From the NCBI GenBank assembly GCA_951406725.2, contig OX597825.1, positions 4,340,001 through 4,404,000 on the forward strand: a stretch of 64,000 nt of DNA, read 5' to 3'. Positions 43,717-58,059 of this stretch are shown here, piece after piece. Below the pieces are notes generated by a model that was given only the letters and a program-made list of their open reading frames with translations, searched no databases and was not told the origin of the DNA. The position numbers were made by a program, and so were the translations under genes. This DNA is from Octopus vulgaris (Eukaryota). Each line of letters begins with the position of its first letter. Within the stretch, counting starts at the first letter, position 1.

Positions 43717-44004
43717 CCTTGCGGATATATATATCCATAAATAATTGAAGTTTCCTTATTTGTTTATTTATACATTTATCTATTTATTGGACGCCATAAC
43801 GGGCAGACCATTTCAAAAATATTAATTAACCATGTGACATATCAATTGCTTTTATATCTTGGGCCACAACAATCCAGGGAAATACCATTATCACAGTATA
43901 TAATCTCATGACCCCTGATTAGATACTAGCTTCATAACTTTCAGCGCTCGAGTCTCTTTGCTTTGAGTAAATCTAATTCTTCTATTATTATTTTACTTCT
44001 TCGG

Positions 44005-44283
44005 GTACACGTTCACACACAGACACACATTCACACACGCACACATAAGCATTCACACACGTGAACACACACATTCCCACACACACATTCGCGCACACAC
44101 ATTTGCACATACACATTCACACACAAGCACACATTCACACACACATTCACACACACATTCACACACACAAACACACATTCACACACACAAACACACACAA
44201 ATTTACACACACATTCACACACAATAAGAAACGTACACACATTCACATACACATATTCACATAAACACATTCATAAACACACA

Positions 44284-44320
<37 letters not shown>

Positions 44321-44345
44321 TCACACACAATCAGACACGCACACA
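44005..44345. repeat. Degenerate (CACACATT)-type minisatellite
   Basis: Repeated CACACATTCA units. Confidence 0.85.
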
Positions 44346-44619
44346 CGCCTTTCTCTTTTGTCTTTTACCAATTCCAGTCATTTGACCAGCTTGAAGGGAA
44401 TTAATCAGAGAAATCGACCCCGTAACTTATCTTTTTAAAACTTAGTATTTAACATATCGGCCCCCTTTTGCCGAACCAATAAATGGCGGGGCGTAAATAC
44501 GCCAACGCTGATTGTCAAGGATTTGTAGTGTGAGTGGGTTGTGGGGAAACAAAGACACAAAGACATTTACGCATAGGTATATACATACATACATATATAC
44601 ATATATGTGTGTGTATGTA

Positions 44620-44696
<77 letters not shown>

Positions 44697-45194
44697 AATA
44701 CTAATAAAAGAGTTCAGCAAAGATTTGCTTCACCACACACCGAAGTTTAGAAATAGCAGCCAAAAATCTTACCTATTCCTTCTACTTTAAAAAGGGTCTC
44801 CCAGAGAAACCTAAATAATTGAAGATAATTCACACAAGCGGAGAATAACGCAACGAAAATCAATCAATATCTGGTCATCCATGGACGCGCGTTTCTGAAT
44901 TAGGTTTTGCATAAAAAATATAAAATTATAAAATTTTAATAAAAATATAAAAATATAAATTATATATATATATATGTACAGGGCCTATTTCAGCTCTTTC
45001 CAGGTAATAGTCAGGGTTAGGGATCGAGGCTATAGCAGAAGACACTTAGTACGTGAGGGAACTGACCCCGGAACCATGTAACTGAGAAGCAAGCACATTG
45101 TCTTACAGTCACGCCTGCGCCTACAATTATATATATATATAGGTATGTGTGTGTATGTGTGTGTGTGTATGTGTGTGTGTGTGTGGTTCACAAG

Positions 45195-45230
45195 TGCCCG
45201 ACGAACGGAAACGTGAAACTATGAGTAGCA
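45195..45230 (+). ncRNA. Minimal hammerhead-like motif (U4C core) within an ~160-bp repeat
   Basis: TGC-CCGACGA-ACG-GAAA-CGT-GAAA-CT-ATG-AG-TA-GCA: all three stems pair and stem II is capped by a GAAA tetraloop. Confidence 0.6.
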
Positions 45231-45839
45231 GTTTTATAATTGTGTTTGAGGCGGGTATATAAAAATCTTATACGTATTTGGTGCGGTGTGTGTCTCTATG
45301 TTCCTGTGTGGGTTTTACCTGAATGTTTTTTCTTTGTTTTTTCTTTTCAATATATTGGAAGGATATCTAAAAGTTCTAAATACACCACTACGTCACATCG
45401 CTGAAAATGTAACACACTTTGAATGTCAAATAAAATAAGTGTGTTGTGAATGTGACATAGATTAGAATTGTACAAGTGGGTGAAAATGTCACATGTAATT
45501 AAAAAAAAATAATGAAGAAAAGACATTCTCACTTTTCGAAATTCTTAATTATAATTTAATTAAAATTTTTTCAAAATGTCATTTAATTACTTTAGATAAA
45601 AGTAAAGTTAGAGCGCGCCACCGTAAAAATAAATTATTTAATGTAATTATAGGTGAATCTTACGTCTGGAATCTGGGATTAACTGTTATGTGTTTGACGA
45701 CTACCGTTTCATTTAGATATGCCATTTTCTTCTCGCTTCATAGGGAAAATTACCAAATGTGTCATTGCTATATGTGCCATTGTTATATATTGCAAATGGA
45801 GGAATGCGCCCAGACACACACATACACGTATATAAACAA

Positions 45840-45888
<49 letters not shown>

Positions 45889-45948
45889 TATATATATATA
45901 TATACTTATAGATACATATGCATACACACACATACAGACATACATACA

Positions 45949-45984
<36 letters not shown>

Positions 45985-46056
45985 TACATATATATATATA
46001 TGTACATACATACATATATATATACATATATATATATGTATGTATGTATATATATA

Positions 46057-47106
<1,050 letters not shown>

Positions 47107-47112
47107 ATATAT

Positions 47113-47309
47113 ATAGATCGTTAGCCATTACACACATCATTTTCTCTTCTTTCTCTTCTTGTTTTTTTTCTGTCTCCCTTTCTGTAGAAGAGCGAAAGCT
47201 CGAAACGTAAAATACTGTTTCTATTCCTGAGCGTTATACTAATACATTTGTTTGTCTTGTACACCAACCGTCTTAGTCTTTTGCTTCTTTGTTTCGTGAA
47301 CTCTCCCTA
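47113..47309 (+). mobile_element. ~200-bp interspersed repeat with hammerhead-like motif, copy 2
   Basis: Homologous to 13362-13572. Contains CTTT-CTGTAGA-A-GAGC-GAAA-GCTC-GAAA-CG-TA-AAA at 47178-47212. Follows (GATA)n. Confidence 0.75.
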
Positions 47310-48262
47310 TATATACACAGACAGACAAACAGATAGATAGATAGTCAAAGAAAGAGAGAGACGAAGAAGTCGTTGTGTTTTAAGAAGACTTTTTCCCAAC
47401 CCTATGATTCCATGTTCCGTACCGCTGCCCAGCACTTTGTGTAACTCTCGTATATTATATATCCGTGCCTTTAGATAACATTAAAGTTAGAGCGCGGCAC
47501 TTTGTGTTCTTGTTTGTTTCCCACCACTGCTTGACAACCGGTGTCGGTCTGTTCACGTCCTCCTAAATTAGCAATTCCGTAAAAGAAACCGATAGAATAC
47601 GTACCACACTTTGAACATTTTACTTGGTCCGTTATACCTGTTGTTACCTGGCATATTTGCTGACTGTTTGACTGCATTCTCTGGAGAGGAATCATCCTAC
47701 TCATCAGGCGTAAACTTTTGTCTGCCTGCAGCCAGACTCGTCGCTCTCTCCATACGACAAGTTATCCGTTCTGCAGTAGTCACCAGTCTTCTGCGAGCTG
47801 TATTACAGTCAGCTTTCTCTTGTTCCTTCTGCTTTCGTAGCTCGCTTTCATTTAGCTATCTATAATGTGTAAGTATCGATTACTGTTTCCGCTGTATTAT
47901 TGGCTGAAACAGTATTTGAGATTGATCACACATAAAATAGATAAACTCGTTTGGTGGTAACTGTAATTTAAACTCGCACCCACAAAATTTGACTTCACGC
48001 GTAAATTGATTATTTTCTGCAAATATGTCGTGTTCTGTCGCTGAAGCGCTGTCGTACCATAATAAGCTGTAGGAATATAGTACAGAAATCACAAATTAAA
48101 GTCATCACCTTGCAGTTTCATTTCCAAGAAACACTGACGTTTTATTACCTCCATACTACAGTTCTTAAAGAGAGGAAAAGAAGAAGAGAACCAGATAACT
48201 GTAGCTGGTGTCTGGAGTGAAAATTACAAAAAGAAGCAAAGGCAGTGATTTTAAAGGCAACC

Positions 48263-48494
48263 TATTTTTTTACTACCCACAAGGGGCTAAACACAGAAGG
48301 AACAAACAAGGACAGACAAACGGAATAAATCGATTACATCGACCCCCAGTGCGTAACTGGTACTTAATTTATCGGGCCCGAAAGGATGAAAGGCAAAGTC
48401 GACCTCGGCGGAATTTGAACTCAGAACGTAATGGCAGACGAAATACGGCTACGCATTTCGCCCGGCGTGCTAACGTTTCTGCCAGCTCGCCGCC
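48263..48494 (-). mobile_element. Full-length young SINE family A (tRNA-derived, Meta-domain-like core) with 12-bp TSD
   Basis: TSD TTAAAGGCAACC at 48251-48262 and 48495-48506. Sense strand GGCGGCGAGCTGGCAGAAACG.., B-box GAGTTCAAATTCC, core GTCGACTTTGCCTTTCATCCTTTCGGG..GATAAATTAAGTACCAG. Confidence 0.92.
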
Positions 48495-49228
48495 TTAAAG
48501 GCAACCAATACTGGGTGTGAGATAAAAGGACAGAATGACAACGATTTTTAATATAAGTACAAGGCCAGCAACTTTCATCGATACCATATACACTCATATA
48601 CATAAATGGTACTTATTTTTATTGACACGGGAAGAATTGAGAGTAAACTTCTCTGCGGCTATATTTGAACTCAGAATGTAAAGGACCGGAAAAAATGTCG
48701 CTGATGCTGCATTCGACTTGATCGTGATTGTTCCAGTTCACCATCTTGGAACAAAGAGGTAATGAAAAGGGAAATATTAGATATCGACACACAGACAGAA
48801 AGAATGTATGACAAGGCGGAAGTAAAACGTTTTGTTTTCATTTGTTTTGCACCGAGGTCAATTTAAAACCAATCTTATGTTACGTTTTGTATATTATTTT
48901 CCAAATGTATCATTTTTTATTAAATTATGGAGTAATGTGTGGACAGACACATTGACAACACATAAATCAATGCATCGGCACCTATTATAACAAATATATA
49001 CGCAAGTCTCTTTAGAGACTACAGCTACAGAACATAGATACATACATGCACGTTCGTGTTTACGCAATTGTTTATGCAATTTATTACTTACTATTGTGTA
49101 CCTGCGTGAATATATCATTGGATATCATGCATAAATATGGAATCATATTTATTTTAATACAAAAACAAACATGACCGACATTCAATAAAACATACAAAAA
49201 CACTTATACACGCTCAAACACATGCGTG

Positions 49229-49350
<122 letters not shown>

Positions 49351-50818
49351 TATACACACATATATGCACATATAAAGCTATATATATATGTGTGTGTGTA
49401 TGACTGTCTGTGAATATAAACCATAAACCAGCTCAGGCATCAATATACTTGGGAGGACACAACACATAATAATATAGACTGATTTTGAGACGCATTTATA
49501 TTAATTTAAAATAAACACATATACAGACGACCAGACACACAACCAGAAACACACACGGACAAATATTCTTACACAGATACCTACTTACAGGGTTGAATTT
49601 TATATTGATACGGTACATTATAAAATCCATAGATGTGGAGACACATTTATATCATTATACAAAATAAATACAAAGCAATATACAGACTATCATACGTGCA
49701 TACACTCATATACACACATAGACATATAGCTGTTTACAGTAGAGTATTTGTGTGAATTTAACATCTGATAACATACATAAACACATCTGGAGACATGTTT
49801 ATACAAATATTCAAACTGCATTGACATTACTCACTGAGAAACCAAAGTGAGAGCTTAAACAAAAAAAGTTGCAGACACATTAATCTATATATACAGCAGA
49901 ATTCAGACAGAAAACTTTAATCTTTTATACACTAAGACAATTAAAGTCTAGTCATATATATATATATATATAGTTATATGCTTAATTTTTTTCCTGTTCA
50001 TGGTTTTGAATAGAAAAATTAATAGCTATATCAGCAAAAATAAAATAATAATTGATGACGAATTCATTATAATTACACATTTAAATTTAAATCTAATTAT
50101 TTACGATATTAACTGTTCTGCTCATAACAACCAGTTAAATATATGAGCGATATAACATTAAAAACTACATGCACACAAATGTATACACACACACAAACGT
50201 AAAACACACACGCGTCCAAACACATACAGTATATATACACCCCCCACACACACGCACACACACACACGCACACACACACACTCATATATATATATATATG
50301 TACAAATGTATATGTGTATATACACACACACATACATAGATATATATAGTTACAAAGATAGATAGATAGTTAGATATATATATGGATATAGTTATATATA
50401 CATGTATATATACATATATATGTATATATATATGCAAACATACATACGTATGCATATGTATATAAATACATAAATAAATGTGTACATACACACACACATA
50501 TATATATATATATATGTGCATATATACACAAACATATATATATATATATTAATATACACACATCAATACGGCAACATTATCGATGTTATATATTCATTCA
50601 TCGTATCACTCTGCAATATTTACAAACAATTGCTTCAGTTCTCCCCATTTAAAGAGTGCTCATACATGAGTGTGCGTGTGAGTATTTCTATACATATATG
50701 TCAATATGTTTATATACATATACATCCACCGCTTTGTTTATATATGTGTATGCATGTATATATATCTATATGTATATATATATATATATATATAATTGAT
50801 ATATGCTTTTACATATAC

Positions 50819-50890
<72 letters not shown>

Positions 50891-51524
50891 GTACATACAT
50901 ATACACACACACACATATATATATATATGTATATGTAATTATAATCAAAATAAGTAACAGGATGTTAAGTAGTAATGCAGTGCGACTCCATTTAATTGAA
51001 CAATGCAATCGTTACATAAATTTAAATTGAGCGCTATCTTCAGCTGCACAAATATGGCTTTGCAACAGACAAGCTATAGTAATATAATCTTTCTTAAATA
51101 TTTTAACATAGCAAGAGGTTGGAAGAATTTCATGCTGCCACTATTGTAGCAAAAATAACTAAAAGAATAAGAAACTACGATTTTTAAAGTGGGAGGAGGA
51201 GTCATAAATTAATTTGTAATTCATTTCCAAATATCTATCTTCTTATCATCAACAAAAATTTAAGACTAGAAGACTGCGTATATATAGAATAAAAAGCAAA
51301 GTCAGTTGACAGCTCATAGCTGGCTGTTGGTCATAAATTTCATACCGTCCCAGGTACACATCAACCCAGAAGAAAATATACAAAACTCTAATAAGAGTCA
51401 ATTAGGCATAATTGATGATGCGTTACCAGTTAATGGAGCAATTATAATTAGGGTTCACCTAACTGCTTCATCACATATCGAAGTTAGAAATAGGAGTTAA
51501 AAATTCCTTATCTGCTACTATACG

Positions 51525-51604
51525 AATCTCCATGACGGTAAACATACTTTTTGACGAAGGCAAAGAGAAAAGAGAAAAAAAGTATGTTTACCGTCATGGA
51601 GATT
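51525..51604. other. Perfect 28-bp inverted repeat with 24-nt spacer (hairpin)
   Basis: AATCTCCATGACGGTAAACATACTTTTT (51525-51552) is the exact reverse complement of 51577-51604. Confidence 0.95.
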
Positions 51605-52608
51605 TTTATCTTATCTGTAATTGTGGTGGAAGTCTGGGAACTAGTATTCTGCCCAGTGTTTGTAGGACCGATTGGGTTTCCGTTAAGGTCTAAAATATTC
51701 ATTTCGATGTTGGAAAGTCAATTTGTTCCAAGCGGCTTCTCTCTGCGTGCCTTAACTTCGTTACTATGACAACAGTCCGAATACTTATTGATCAGTCCAT
51801 GTATATCCTCTGCTAATCGGCAGTTAATTCACTTTATATTTGAATATATTTCAAATTTACAAAATATAATTATTGGTCGAAGAATTACTAGAGCTCTCTA
51901 GTACTTTCGACTGGTCAACAGCCTATCGAATCTACTTGTTGTCTGTGTGCTGCACCTATCTGTGATATCACGGACCGGAAGCTACGTATGAGGTCTCCTG
52001 ATCCCTGATTTTTGTCTTTTTTACTTTGAAACATTTCTGTCTGTTTCCTATACCATATTATCTGGCCTGCTCCAATAAAACTTTAACGTCTTAGCTCAAA
52101 ACCTTACCAACTGTAAAATAGAAAAAAAATAACCCTAGAAAATATCTTAAGGCGTTAACAAATCCCCTAATCATCAATACATGTTGAGTACTTTTTTTTT
52201 TAGAAGGTTTGACGGCAAAGAAGATTTCGGCGATATATGAAACACACACAGAATAAACCGGACCACAAATTCCAAGGAATTGTTCTGCGCCTGTAACAAA
52301 TCGGTGAAATCGATCTTTGTTTTTACTTCCTCTTCTATATTCATATATGACTAAACTCTAAAATTCCCATTGCGTTCTCTTCTGAAGTGATCAAATTAAA
52401 TCCCTTTTGGTAATAAAATTAATGTCATTTAATGTTCAACTCGATTTATTAGATTTTCGTCAGATAAAAGCCGAAGAAATCGAGTTAAACAAGAATAATG
52501 ATTATATTGTCACTTAGAAAAGAAAAAAATAACATTTTATAATTTTCATTTTTAACATTTTTTAGAACTGTTCATTATATTGTTAAAATTGTTTGTTTTG
52601 AAAAAGTG

Positions 52609-52818
52609 TTTTATATGGAACAGAAAATTTATGGAATAGATGTTTTATAGAATACAGTTTTCGTGGAATATATGTTTTTATGGAATAGAGCTTTCATGGA
52701 ATGGAAGTTTTATGGAACAGAGGTTTTCATGGAATACAAGTTTTATGGAATAGCAGTTTTATGGCAAAAAGGGTTTATGTAAAATTGGTTTCATGGAAAT
52801 AGAGATTTTATAGAATAT
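52609..52818. repeat. Minisatellite, about 13 copies of a 15-19-bp unit (consensus TTTTATGGAATAGAAG)
   Basis: Repeated TTT(T/C)ATGGAA(T/C)A units with variable 3' ends. Confidence 0.9.
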
Positions 52819-53788
52819 ATAGTAACGTAGAGTAGTAGAGTTGGATTTTGGATGATTCCTATACGTTCTCTTAAATCTTTGACGAATCGATTTCTAGGCC
52901 GATGCAGGTGATTCGGTGTGGTTCTTGACTGGCTCGAAATAGCAGCAGACTGATTGCTTTCAAGTCAAGTTCTTTGTTCTTTTTATAGAATAAAATAGCT
53001 TTTGAATTATATATTTACTAGATACATAAGCATGACCGGATATTTAAGTACTTCATCTTGCAAGTAGTTCATCATGATGTCCATGGCTCGATCCCACTTA
53101 AAGGTACTTTAGATGCCGCTATTTGGCGGCTCAGGAAAGCATTTTTACTACAGTCTCTGTTTATTCTAAAACTTGTGAATAAATAAATGTGGACAAAAGC
53201 TGAGAGGAAGTATGTCGGATGTCCTATATTTACAATTCAAAACACTAGCCTTGACATGTAAAACATCAGGCGGTTTTCCAATATTTCTTTTGAGTTCAAA
53301 TCCCATCATGGCATATTTACGATATAAATTTAAATCCTTGTCCGCCTTTATACGACCTCTTGTTGCCACCTGAAGAATAAATAAATATACGCATCTTGTT
53401 CTTCGTTACATTAAGCCACCATTTCGTTTTCGTTGGTTGTCCATGATTGCGTTTCTATTAACATGCCGACTAAAGAGCCTAGAAAGGTGGTGCTCCAACA
53501 GCACACTTTTCAACGAAGGAACTCTTTGAATAATATAGCTCGAAATGTGCAATATCTAGAGAAAATGAAATGGTGATGGCTGAAATCCAGATGATCATTG
53601 ATTATTTTTCAAACATGGCAGAAATAAACGGCACCGGTTTTAGCATTTTCACTTTTTTTTTTCTCTTACTCCTTAAGCTGTTTACATTTGTTTTGTTTTT
53701 CCTTCAAATTCTGGCACTGCGCCAAAAGCAACGAATAATGCGAGATTGTTGTCTTTGCAGTTGTTATTATTCTTAAAGAGGAGGACGC

Positions 53789-54054
53789 TGATGATGATGA
53801 AGACGAAGACGATGATGATGACGACGACGGCGGCGGCGACGATATTGATGATGGCGACGAGGACGACGACGATGATGATGGTGATGCTGATGATGATGAC
53901 GATAACGATGACGACGACGACGTTGATGATGATGATGATGATGATGATGATGACGATGGTGATGATGACGACGACGACGATTTTGGTGATGTTGATGATG
54001 ACGACGATAACGATGATGAAGACGTTGATGATGATGATGATGATGATGATGATC
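53789..54054. repeat. Compound (GAT)n/(GAC)n trinucleotide repeat
   Basis: Direct. Source of the poly-M/T and poly-I/V ORFs. Confidence 0.95.
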
Positions 54055-55765
54055 ATTGTTTGCTTGACTTTTATAGCCGTCAATTTAGTCAGCGTTATTA
54101 TGTTTCGCGATGATTCTTGTTTCTCACTCAACCAACGCAAGTTCCATAGTTGCGCCTCGCAGCAGCAAGAACTTCCGTCAAGGAAGCCAGTTAGCTTTCT
54201 GATTCTACAGATTTGTGTTTGTGGATTAGAAAATGATAACAAAATTCTCTTTGTCGAATTGATTCTTTTACATCATACTAGTTGAAGAACATATATTTCT
54301 TATCAAAACGACACATGAAGAAATCTATTTCACATAAAAATATCAATAAATATGACCTTTTTCATAACATCATTGATACTAGCAAAACGCGAAAAATTAT
54401 AAATATTCTTGAGCGGGGTTATCTGATCATAAACTTGACGTTTCTACTGTTACTGACAAGAGGGAAAAAATAAAAATAAATATCTATTTACTTGTATATG
54501 TACATGTTCTAAAGGAAAGTATATGTTGGGCTTTCTGAGATAATGTTCCTTTAACTTTATTACTGTCTCCTATTTTTCGTTTAATGGCTTCAAGGCATGC
54601 TAATGGCAACAAGATTCAATAAATCGATGTTGTACAGTACGATCAGATTTGCTCTAATATGTCATAAACTACAATCTATAGGTTTTAATTTCGGCTTAAT
54701 ACTTCCCGTACTCCAACTTTAACAATATTTTCTGGAGATGTAACTTATGAGATAAAATCTTAATCGATGCCATATGAACGGTATGGCGAAAGCTACAAGC
54801 CGTTAAGCCCGAAGTTAAAGCCTCTGTCCCTGATGCGCCGGGATATATATAGCAAACATAACAATGTATAAAGTGAATAATATTGAATTTTCCATTTTTA
54901 TTCATTTCGGCATATATTAGCTCGACTTACTCTTAAATAACTGAAGCTACTACGATACAATTGAATATGGTTACGTGTTTTATAATGGAAGCACGCAGCT
55001 ATCAAGTAAATATGAGTCATCAGACAATCTCGTATTGTATTATATGAAGAAAAGACTGTTACATCCCATTCTATTATCGTTGAAGTTATTTTATTTGCAA
55101 TGAAGTCTGTTAATTGAGCTATTCAGGAACGGATTTGTATTACGATGTGAGAAGTGATTCACAAGTAGGCCTGAAACGTGCCAGATGTCTTGTAAATTGC
55201 GTTAAGAAACTTTGGGTTCCAAGCCATTTTTTCAGTCATTGAACGATTTTATTTGATGCAAAATTCTCTTAAATGTTGTCCTCCCTGCAACAGAGACTGT
55301 CACACATCTGTTTCGTCCCTCTACACTCACTTAAGAGAGAATCTTCAAAAAGTTGTTCAGCAGAGGTTCTTACAATTAATCTTGATCAAACTGAGATTCA
55401 CAGTTAAATATTCAATATGTATAAATTGTAAGCGGAAAAAAAATTTAACAATTTCGGGACTAACATTAACCTTAATTAATTTGACATTTTATGACATATA
55501 GAAGAATTACGTAATCTGTTCTAAGCCTAGAGCGGAAGACTACTTTTAGATTGTTGGCATGAATATGTGACCCTTTTAATAAAATGGTCACTCACAAATG
55601 ACGATACAAAACTAGACCAAAGTTTCCTTATACTCATCAGAAACTAAAATAGGTTTCAGGATTGGATATTACATATTGTAATTCGTACGAAATTTGGAAT
55701 TATGGAGTTGCATGGAGCCGAATCAAAGTACTATTAATTCCCTCTCTCTCTCTCTCTCTGTCATA

Positions 55766-55829
<64 letters not shown>

Positions 55830-55845
55830 TGTAGTAGCAGTAGTA
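55766..55845. repeat. (TAG)n microsatellite
   Basis: Direct. Confidence 0.97.
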
Positions 55846-56907
55846 AGTAGAAACAACAGTGACTTAAGTTGCGAGAATTTCGTGTGTTAGCTCTTTGGGT
55901 TTCATATATATATATGTATATATATATAATGCTAATAACTTTGTGTTGGATAATTCGTAATAAGAGAATGATGTCAAAATTATGCTTCTTTAATAATTTT
56001 ATATATTTCTTTTACTGATGCTAATGTTTTTTGTACACTTTGTTGTAGCCACGGTTATTTGAAACGAGATTATAGTGAGACAGCTAGAAACTGCTGGGCA
56101 ATCAAATTAGCACGCAGTATGTTATATTTTTGTATGAGATCTTCTCAGTTTCAGATGAAAACAGTACGGAAAGTAGAATTAAGTGCTACTCCCAATATTA
56201 AACGTATTGTTGATTAAATTTCGATCATTGATGAAGGAAATATACCAATACGTTGAAGGAATATACCAGCACCTTTTGGGGATAAGTTAAAATACTCTCA
56301 TATCTTGCCACATATCTTTATAACTGAAAACAAAATCAATATCGTAAAATAGCACTCAGCTTAGTTTGTAAGGTGATAGGTACGAGTTTAATAAATTTTT
56401 ACAAAACACTGAGAAAAGGTAGAGATCCGTTGAAGGAGCAGAAAACCATTATAATGCTGAAGGCCGATATGAACTGTTTCACGAAACAATCAATAAATCG
56501 ATATTTTCTATTTTCTTCTGACGAAGAAAAGACATGAATTGTTAATGTTAAACCGAAAATAACTCCTTCACTTGAATTAGGGAGGTAAAAATATTTCGTT
56601 AATATCAAAACCTGTCAAAAGCTCTTCAATACCATAATATTTTCTAACCGCAAGTGCCTTTATGATTTAGATATAATACGCCAGCTACTATACATATAAA
56701 GTATTTATTACAGAAGTAAGGTGAAAGACTCTGGATGACCATTCGCCGTCATAGAAATAGCAGCTATGATGACACACATCACACATATCCTGCAACATAA
56801 AAATATGGAAGGAGACAACTGATAGCATAGTTTTTCATAAGGAAAAAATGGGAAGGCCAAGTCACAGCTGGAACACATAGATATATATATACAATCAGTC
56901 AACACTA

Positions 56908-57254
56908 GGCGGCGAGCTGGCAGACACGTTAGCGCACCGGGCGAAATGCTTAGCGGTATTTCGTCTGTCGTTGATAAATTAAGTACCAGTAACGAACTGG
57001 GGTTGACTTAATCCGTGTGTTTATCCTTGTTTGTCCTCTCCGTGTTTAACCCCTTGTGGGTAGTAAAGAAATAGGTATTTCATCTGTCGGTACGTTCTGA
57101 GTTCAAATTCCGCCCAGGTCGACTTTGCCTTTCATCCTTTCGGGGTCGATAGATAAAGTACCAGTTTCGCACTGGGGTCGATGTAATCGACTTAATCTCT
57201 TTGTCTGTCCTTGTTTGTCTTCTCTATGTTTAGCCCCTTGTGGGCAATAAAGAA
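56908..57254 (+). mobile_element. SINE family A, dimeric (head plus two body units), with 18-bp flanking direct repeat
   Basis: ATATATATACAATCAGTC at 56883-56900 and 57255-57272. The second unit restarts at GGTATTTC (57074). B-box GAGTTCAAATTCC at 57099-57111. Confidence 0.9.
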
Positions 57255-58059
57255 ATATATATACAATCAGTCCTGACCTGGACGCTAAACACCAACATCA
57301 TCGTTATTGATAGCACAAGATTGCATGATTCACAACAAATAGCAGCAATTCTTTTTATAAAATGAATATTTAAAAAAAGAACTGGTTCGATATGTGCAAT
57401 AAGGAATGACATTAAATTTAAATACTACCACAAACAACAATAATAAAAGGAAACAAGGAGCAACAAAGGATGTATTTATTATTGAAACATCTGAGTGGCA
57501 AACAGTCAATCAAGAAGTCTGGAAACACAATTTGTAAAAGGATTCCTTGTGTAGATATAAGGCCAGGAATCTTGATTGGAGGAGATACCATCGATCGAGC
57601 GGGAACTGAGATATTGTTTATGTTATGATCCTAAGGAGGAAATTTAAGGTTAGCCCTGGTGGGATTTAAAATTTGAATGTAATGTGTTGGAAGACATAGC
57701 ACAAGGCAGTTTCTCGACAGTCTTATGTAGCCCACTGTAGTTATTTTATCGTAGATATTTAATTCAATTATTCTATCTTTTGTGACAGGTTTTATTTCTA
57801 AAAAGCGCGAAATGATAAAGCATTGGTAGCCTTAAAACTGCTGAATTGTATACGTTTTCTGGACGCATAATCTCTAAAAGTGTTGGCATTCTAAAATAGA
57901 AAAAAATAAAACCCACTTTTGTAAATATAATTCTCAGCGGAAGGCAAAGCCCACGGAGAGAGATTGTAGAATATTAAAACTAGGGCAGCAAAAGAGAAAG
58001 TAGATATAAGACTCCATCGTGCCAGTTCTGGGTCAACCAAAGCTATTCGTTGTTAGGTT

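Noticed and set aside
52609-52818. CRISPR-like periodicity
   Set aside because: Units are 15-19 bp in total with no spacers, no cas genes, and the context is eukaryotic.
53682-54285. 179-aa and 186-aa overlapping ORFs
   Set aside because: Driven by the (GAT/GAC)n repeat. Flanks show no recognisable protein.
55620-55645. Minus-strand CTGATGA-GTATAAG-GAAA
   Set aside because: No stem II or stem I pairing, so a chance match.
56908-57111. tRNA gene (A/B boxes present)
   Set aside because: The boxes belong to a tRNA-derived SINE head. No complete cloverleaf.
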